Shown in pieces: positions 59,801 to 64,000 of a DNA stretch of 64,000 nucleotides. Under the pieces are notes generated by a model. It was given only the letters and a program-made list of their open reading frames with translations, was not told the DNA's origin and searched no databases. The position numbers and the translations under genes were made by a program. The first letter of the stretch is position 1; each line of letters starts with the position of its first letter. Origin of the DNA: Chiloscyllium plagiosum (Eukaryota); the NCBI RefSeq assembly GCF_004010195.1, contig NC_057728.1, positions 51,399,400-51,463,399 of the forward strand, given 5' to 3'.

Positions 59801-60381
59801 TGGGCTAAATGGGCTATCTCACATCTTTGAGTTCCCACCACCATATCAAAGGTATGCTCCATTGCATGGAATTCCTGTTCAAAGCGCCTCCATTTTCAGA
59901 GGTCTTTCTTCCCTCTCCTTCCTCCCATTTACTTTCAGTGAAAAGGGAGTTTAGCCATCTTGTCTCCACACTCTGAAATTCTACCCTAAACTTCCTTCAA
60001 ATCTCTGACCTTCAAAAGATTCCTTAAAATCTGTCTTTTTGATAGTGGAAGAGTCTATGGTAATTAGTTCGGAAAAATACTGGAAAACAGCTAAGAACAT
60101 ATAGATTAGGAGCAGACTAGATCATTGGATAAGATCATGGCTAATCTAATTGCTGCCTGAATTCCATGTTCTTGTTTGCCCTGATACCATTTCACTCCCT
60201 CATTATTTGCCTTGTGGTTTACAGGAAGTGATCATCAGTGTTGCTGATTATGTTCATACAGGTCCATGGCTTTTCATGTAAAACTTTTGTGTTTAGGTTT
60301 CCTGGAGTTCCAAGTGACATCCAAGAGGAAAATGGCATCAAATATAAATTCCAAGTCTTTCAAAAGGTTTGCAAAGAATAA
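44743..60381 (+). CDS. Dihydrofolate reductase-like protein, divergent DHFR paralogue (186 aa): join 44743-44828,48921-48970,54497-54593,56652-56778,58532-58647,60297-60381
   Basis: Six GT-AG exons of 86/50/97/127/116/85 bp with DHFR intron phases. Motifs IAA..NMGIG..GNLPW, NE..YF, VLSR, IWVIGG, IYLT.I...F.CDTFFP and EENGIKYKFQVF. No frameshift or premature stop. Confidence 0.93.
45210..45770 (-). mobile_element. CR1 LINE 3' end in DHFR-like intron 1
   Basis: LVRPLLEY..WSP.Y..DVVKLEKVQKRFTRML. Confidence 0.88.
47354..50975. mobile_element. Cluster of HE1 SINEs (47354-47683 -, 49423-49684 +, 49880-50236 -, 50685-50975 -) and a CR1 tail (49185-49382 -); the span includes DHFR-like exon 2
   Basis: Mutual similarity; A box TGGCACAGTGG and B box GGTTCAATTCC in the 49423 copy. 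Confidence 0.85.
48921..48970 (+). CDS. DHFR-like exon 2 (NELNYFLSKITTVSDP)
   Basis: ttttctgcag acceptor, gtatgt donor, 50 bp; carries the Glu30 equivalent. Confidence 0.9.
53010..53500 (-). mobile_element. Penelope-like element 3' fragment (end of GIY-YIG region plus terminal repeat with hammerhead)
   Basis: HFDSPSHS...QRLEEEH..LQPHGINVDF, followed by CTGATGA AAGGCTTATGCCC GAAAC. Confidence 0.78.
54497..54593 (+). CDS. DHFR-like exon 3 (GKKNLIICGKGSAVKDSLSLPNCYCVVLSRTL)
   Basis: tttcag acceptor, gtaagt donor, 97 bp (3 codons shorter than human DHFR exon 3). Confidence 0.9.
56652..56778 (+). CDS. DHFR-like exon 4 (SVPDNADYLCRDLTSAIQLASMPPLSEEIETIWVIGGVKPFE)
   Basis: atcag acceptor, gtaaag donor, 127 bp. 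Confidence 0.92.
58170..58480 (+). mobile_element. SacSINE1/Deu-SINE-like element
   Basis: tRNA-like head; tttagggaaggaaa...gcaatgtggttgactcttaactgccctctgaa core. Confidence 0.72.
58532..58647 (+). CDS. DHFR-like exon 5 (EAMKHPNCDRIYLTHIMAEFSCDTFFPKFDWNTFKLLD)
   Basis: cacag acceptor, gtgagc donor, 116 bp. Confidence 0.93.
60297..60381 (+). CDS. DHFR-like exon 6 (FPGVPSDIQEENGIKYKFQVFQKVCKE*)
   Basis: tttag acceptor; TAA at 60379-60381 overlaps an AATAAA. Confidence 0.93.
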
Positions 60382-60469
60382 ATCTCAATATTAAACTTTG
60401 TGTGTGTAGTGATTGGAACCAGGTGGATCTTCTTGATTACGAGATTCTTGATTGGGGTTGTTAACCTGG

Positions 60470-60960
60470 GACACATCTCCGGGACACCTACACCAACCGA
60501 CCCCACTCCCCAGTGGCCAACCACTTCAACTCCCCGCTCCCACTCTGCCGAGGACATGCAGGTCCTGGGCCTCCTCCATCGCCACTCTCTAACTACCTGA
60601 CACCCAAAGAACGCCTCATCTTCTGCCTTGGGACCTTCCAACTACATGGCATCAATGTGGATTTCACCAGTTTCCTCATTCCCCCTCCCCCCTACCTTAT
60701 CCCAGTTCCAACCTTCCAACTTGGCACCGCCCTCATGACCTGTCCATCTTCCTTCCCACCTATCCACCTTCCTTCCCACCTATCCACTCTGAACTATCAC
60801 TATTACCCCCACCTCGGTCTACATATCACACTCTCAGCTACCTTTCCCATTTATCTCTCCATCCCCTCGGCTCACAAGTCTTAGTCCTGATGGAGAGCTC
60901 TTGCCCAAAACGTCGATTCTACCTGACCTGCTGTGCTTTTCCAGCACCCCACTCTCGACT
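60470..60960 (+). mobile_element. Penelope-like element 3' fragment with degenerate hammerhead
   Basis: VANHFNS...HSAEDMQVLGLL...LIFCLGTFQLHGINVDF, then AGTC CTGATGG...AAAACGTC GATT. Confidence 0.78.
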
Positions 60961-63121
60961 TTAATCAGGAAGACCTGGCTGACCAATATAAACAGAGGAT
61001 TCCACTGTGTCTTGCACCTACACACACAACATGGATACCGAGGAATATGGGTACTATGGCTGTATGGCAGTAGTGAGGGGGGTATAAATCTGTTAGTACT
61101 TTTTTTTTTCAAACTTTTGTATCTTCTGCCCAATGGAACAGCGTGGAAGGGAGTATAACTGGGATGGGAGGGGTATTTGATTATGTTGGCTGCTTTCCCG
61201 AGGCAGTGGGAAGTATAGACGGAGTCAGTGGAAGAAACAGGGATTTTTTTGTGATGGACTGGGCTGCATTCACAACTCTGTAGTTTCTTTAGGTCTTCGG
61301 CAGAACTGCGGCTCCAACTGTGATCTTATTGAATAGCGAGCATGCTTGAAGGGACAGATGCCCTATTCCTGCTCGAATTTTTTTTTAATGAAAGAAATGT
61401 TACACTTCCCTAGCAGATCTTCTCGGGACACCCAAAAGTGCTTTAAAGCCAATGAAGTAAACGTAGTCACTGTTGTAATATATATCTAGCAATGATGTGG
61501 GTGACCAAATCATCTGTTTCGTGTTGGTTAAGGGATACATTTTGGTCAAGAATTGAGAGAAAGACAGCGAAGTCTTAAGAGGAGGCAGTGAATTCAAGAC
61601 AGGCACGTGCAAAGGTTCAAAGGACTAGACAAGGGGGAAACTAAACCTATCAATAGCGGCAGAAATGCCACATTACAAAGTTGAGCCTTGAATGAAGAGG
61701 ATGCGTTTAGCTCAAGTTAATGGTTAAACGACGACGATAGGAAGGCATCCAAACAATGACATGGTGCACTGCAATCATGTTCTCAATAATTTAAAGATGA
61801 TCTTGGCAGCAGTCCAATCATTCAAACCGATCAATAGCTCAGTATTACACTCTCGGGAACCTCTCACAGAACTAGAACACTGTTTGCTCCTTCTACTTTG
61901 CCACGTTCACAGCTAGGGCTGTGTTGTCAGTCAACACAGAGATGGACTTTGGTTCCCCAGAGAATATTTATGGGATTTGTGAGACTAAATTCAATATTTG
62001 GCACAGCTGGAACTATCAGAAAGACAGTACACATATTAACAGGAATTTCAACAAATTCCAAGAAGGTCATTTAATCAAAGCAAGTTTTGTTACATTGGTT
62101 TCTATAATCTTGGAAAATTAATCATTGACACCAAGACAAGTCAGAAAGTATGATGTGAGGAAGACGTAAGGAGGTTGTAGATGTACATATGTTGAGTGAG
62201 TGGGCAAAAAGCTGGCTGATGGAAAATAATGTGAGCACATATAAAGTTGCTCACTTTGTACAGAGTACAAAGCACTAATATTTAAACAGAGAATGACCTC
62301 AGAATTATAAAGGGTAAGGGAGATTTGGGTGTCCTGGTAGGAGTCAGAGGCTTGTGAGTAACTTAAAAAAAAAAAGGATTAACTATATTCCTTTTATTTG
62401 TAGTGCACGGGTCCCTTCTTATGAAAGCATATCACTTTTATTAAACATAACTGAGCCACAGGCTCAACTGGAAGGAGTTGTTAATGTAGCTAATGATACA
62501 CTCTGGATTGTTCAGCAAGTGTTGTCCAATGGCAGAATCAGACCTTGCAATGAATATCCATATCTACTCCTTGTGAGAAGGCTGACAGGAAAAGTAACCA
62601 CGAGCTTGATGGATTTGTTTATGAAAAATTATTAACAACTAGCACATAACAGGAGGCCATTTGATAACTCAAAACTGTTTCACTCCTCAATTAGACCATG
62701 ACTGATTTGCACATGGTAAACATTTTGTTTTGTTTTATATTTTCTGAGTTGGGGAGCTGTATGCAGAATTTCAGGTTTTCCTGACCTTTTAGGTGAATAC
62801 ATTGCTTTTTTTCCCCTAGTTGCCCAAATGGAATCTGCCAATCATTTTAAATACACCAATCTGTCTCTGGCTGAAATCTCATATATTCAGTATGTGCAAA
62901 ACCTGAATACAATACGAACCGCAACATCGCAAAGACAGACTTTGGTAGACAAGAGAGTCAGGGGCAGCCAGGAAAATGTTATTGAGGCCACAATCAGAAC
63001 AGCTGTGATGTTACTGAATGCTACAGCAGGCTCCAGGGGCTGAGCGTCCTACATACCTGCTCCTATGTTCCAGCTTCAAGGGCACATCTTGGGTTGACAC
63101 ACCCTGGTACTTACTGGCCGG

Positions 63122-64000
63122 TTAGTCCTCAATGCTCAAGGGAGCAACTGGGTTAAACAAGGGTCTCTCTTTCCTCCAGTTCATCTTTCCACAACGGACT
63201 TCAAAATCCTTCTTGGTTCCTGTGAGCAGTTCCAGGCTGTCTCTTTTCACATCATACCCTAAAGAGATCAGCCTCTTTATGCGACGGTGCACAATCTGTG
63301 GAGACAGCTCGAGAACTGTAGGGCTCGCTCTGACCTGTTCCACTGAAAACCCTTCCCGTAAAATGGCAGTGAGGCGCTCCTCCAATATGGGAGCCGAGAA
63401 GTACAGCAAGGCCGGGCAGCTCATGAAAATGATCTTCAATCCCTCATCAGTGCACTGCAATGACTGTCGACAGAATGCACTGCTTTTCTCCATAGTACTG
63501 AGGGATAGCTCGGCTATCAACCCTTTGAGCTTGGAGATGAGCTTTAGGAGCTCAGCATTGCTGAAGCCTAAGGATTGCAGAAAGGTCAGGTTTTCACACA
63601 CCAAGTTTGGAGGTTTCAAAAAAATGAAAGGATTTTGGCTCAGCAGTTTCATTAACCAGATCCTCATGTCAGCCTGTTTACCACCCAGCTGAAGGTAGGT
63701 CTGCTGTAAATTCTCAATCACAGCCCTGTTCTGATCCACACCACTACAGAAAGTCTGGGGAGAACTGACCAGCAAGCGACCGATGATCCTGTTATTTATG
63801 TTTAATGCTTGGAAATATTTGATATTGTCCTGTCGATTCTTGTGGTTTTTTATTGTAAAGAATGATTCTGGGAAGCGCTCAATAATTCTTGCCAGTTCCT
63901 TCTCATTGGTGCACAATCTGCCCCATAACTCCTGCTGGGCTCTGATTTCTGCTGGCTTGCAGAGGATGGCCTCAGGATATCGTTCCAAAATGAGGGCTAC
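63122..64000 (-). CDS. mterf2: Mitochondrial transcription termination factor 2, 5'-partial (frame open to the window edge, 292 codons plus stop)
   Basis: mTERF repeats; C-terminus RPLFNPVAPLSIED* resembles human MTERF2; MTERF2 neighbours CRY1 in human. Confidence 0.93.
   Translation of the reverse strand, partial: VALILERYPEAILCKPAEIRAQQELWGRLCTNEKELARIIERFPESFFTIKNHKNRQDNIKYFQALNINNRIIGRLLVSSPQTFCSGVDQNRAVIENLQQTYLQLGGKQADMRIWLMKLLSQNPFIFLKPPNLVCENLTFLQSLGFSNAELLKLISKLKGLIAELSLSTMEKSSAFCRQSLQCTDEGLKIIFMSCPALLYFSAPILEERLTAILREGFSVEQVRASPTVLELSPQIVHRRIKRLISLGYDVKRDSLELLTGTKKDFEVRCGKMNWRKERPLFNPVAPLSIED

Noticed and set aside
44743..60381. DHFR pseudogene interpretation
   Set aside because: All six exons have intact splice sites and an open frame despite deep divergence, which implies selection.
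63132..63692. 186-aa + strand ORF
   Set aside because: Antisense to mterf2, with no independent evidence.

Overview
Eukaryotic genomic DNA from a cartilaginous fish: the HE1-type and SacSINE1-like SINEs and the CR1 content point to a shark, and a carpet/bamboo shark is a guess. The window holds three protein genes. (1) A complete cryptochrome-1 gene (cry1, + strand, 11 coding exons, 17588-39920, 564 aa) behind a CpG-rich, E-box-containing promoter. (2) A complete six-exon dihydrofolate-reductase-like paralogue (+ strand, 44743-60381, 186 aa) with DHFR intron positions but a remodelled active site. (3) The 3' part of mterf2 (- strand, 63122 to the window end). The rest is mostly CR1/L2-group and Tx1 LINE fragments, SINEs, solo-LTR-like pieces, Penelope-like remnants and one 100-N gap. 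Highlights: at least five families of minimal type-I hammerhead-ribozyme motifs in short mobile units, some palindromic and flanked by target-site duplications (TSDs); the divergent DHFR paralogue lacking the Arg70 equivalent; a cry1 with no recognisable exon-11 equivalent and a G106S change; and an intron-1 minisatellite built of CpG-variant RFX X-boxes. Exon coordinates were read by hand, repeat boundaries are approximate, and comparisons to human genes are from memory.
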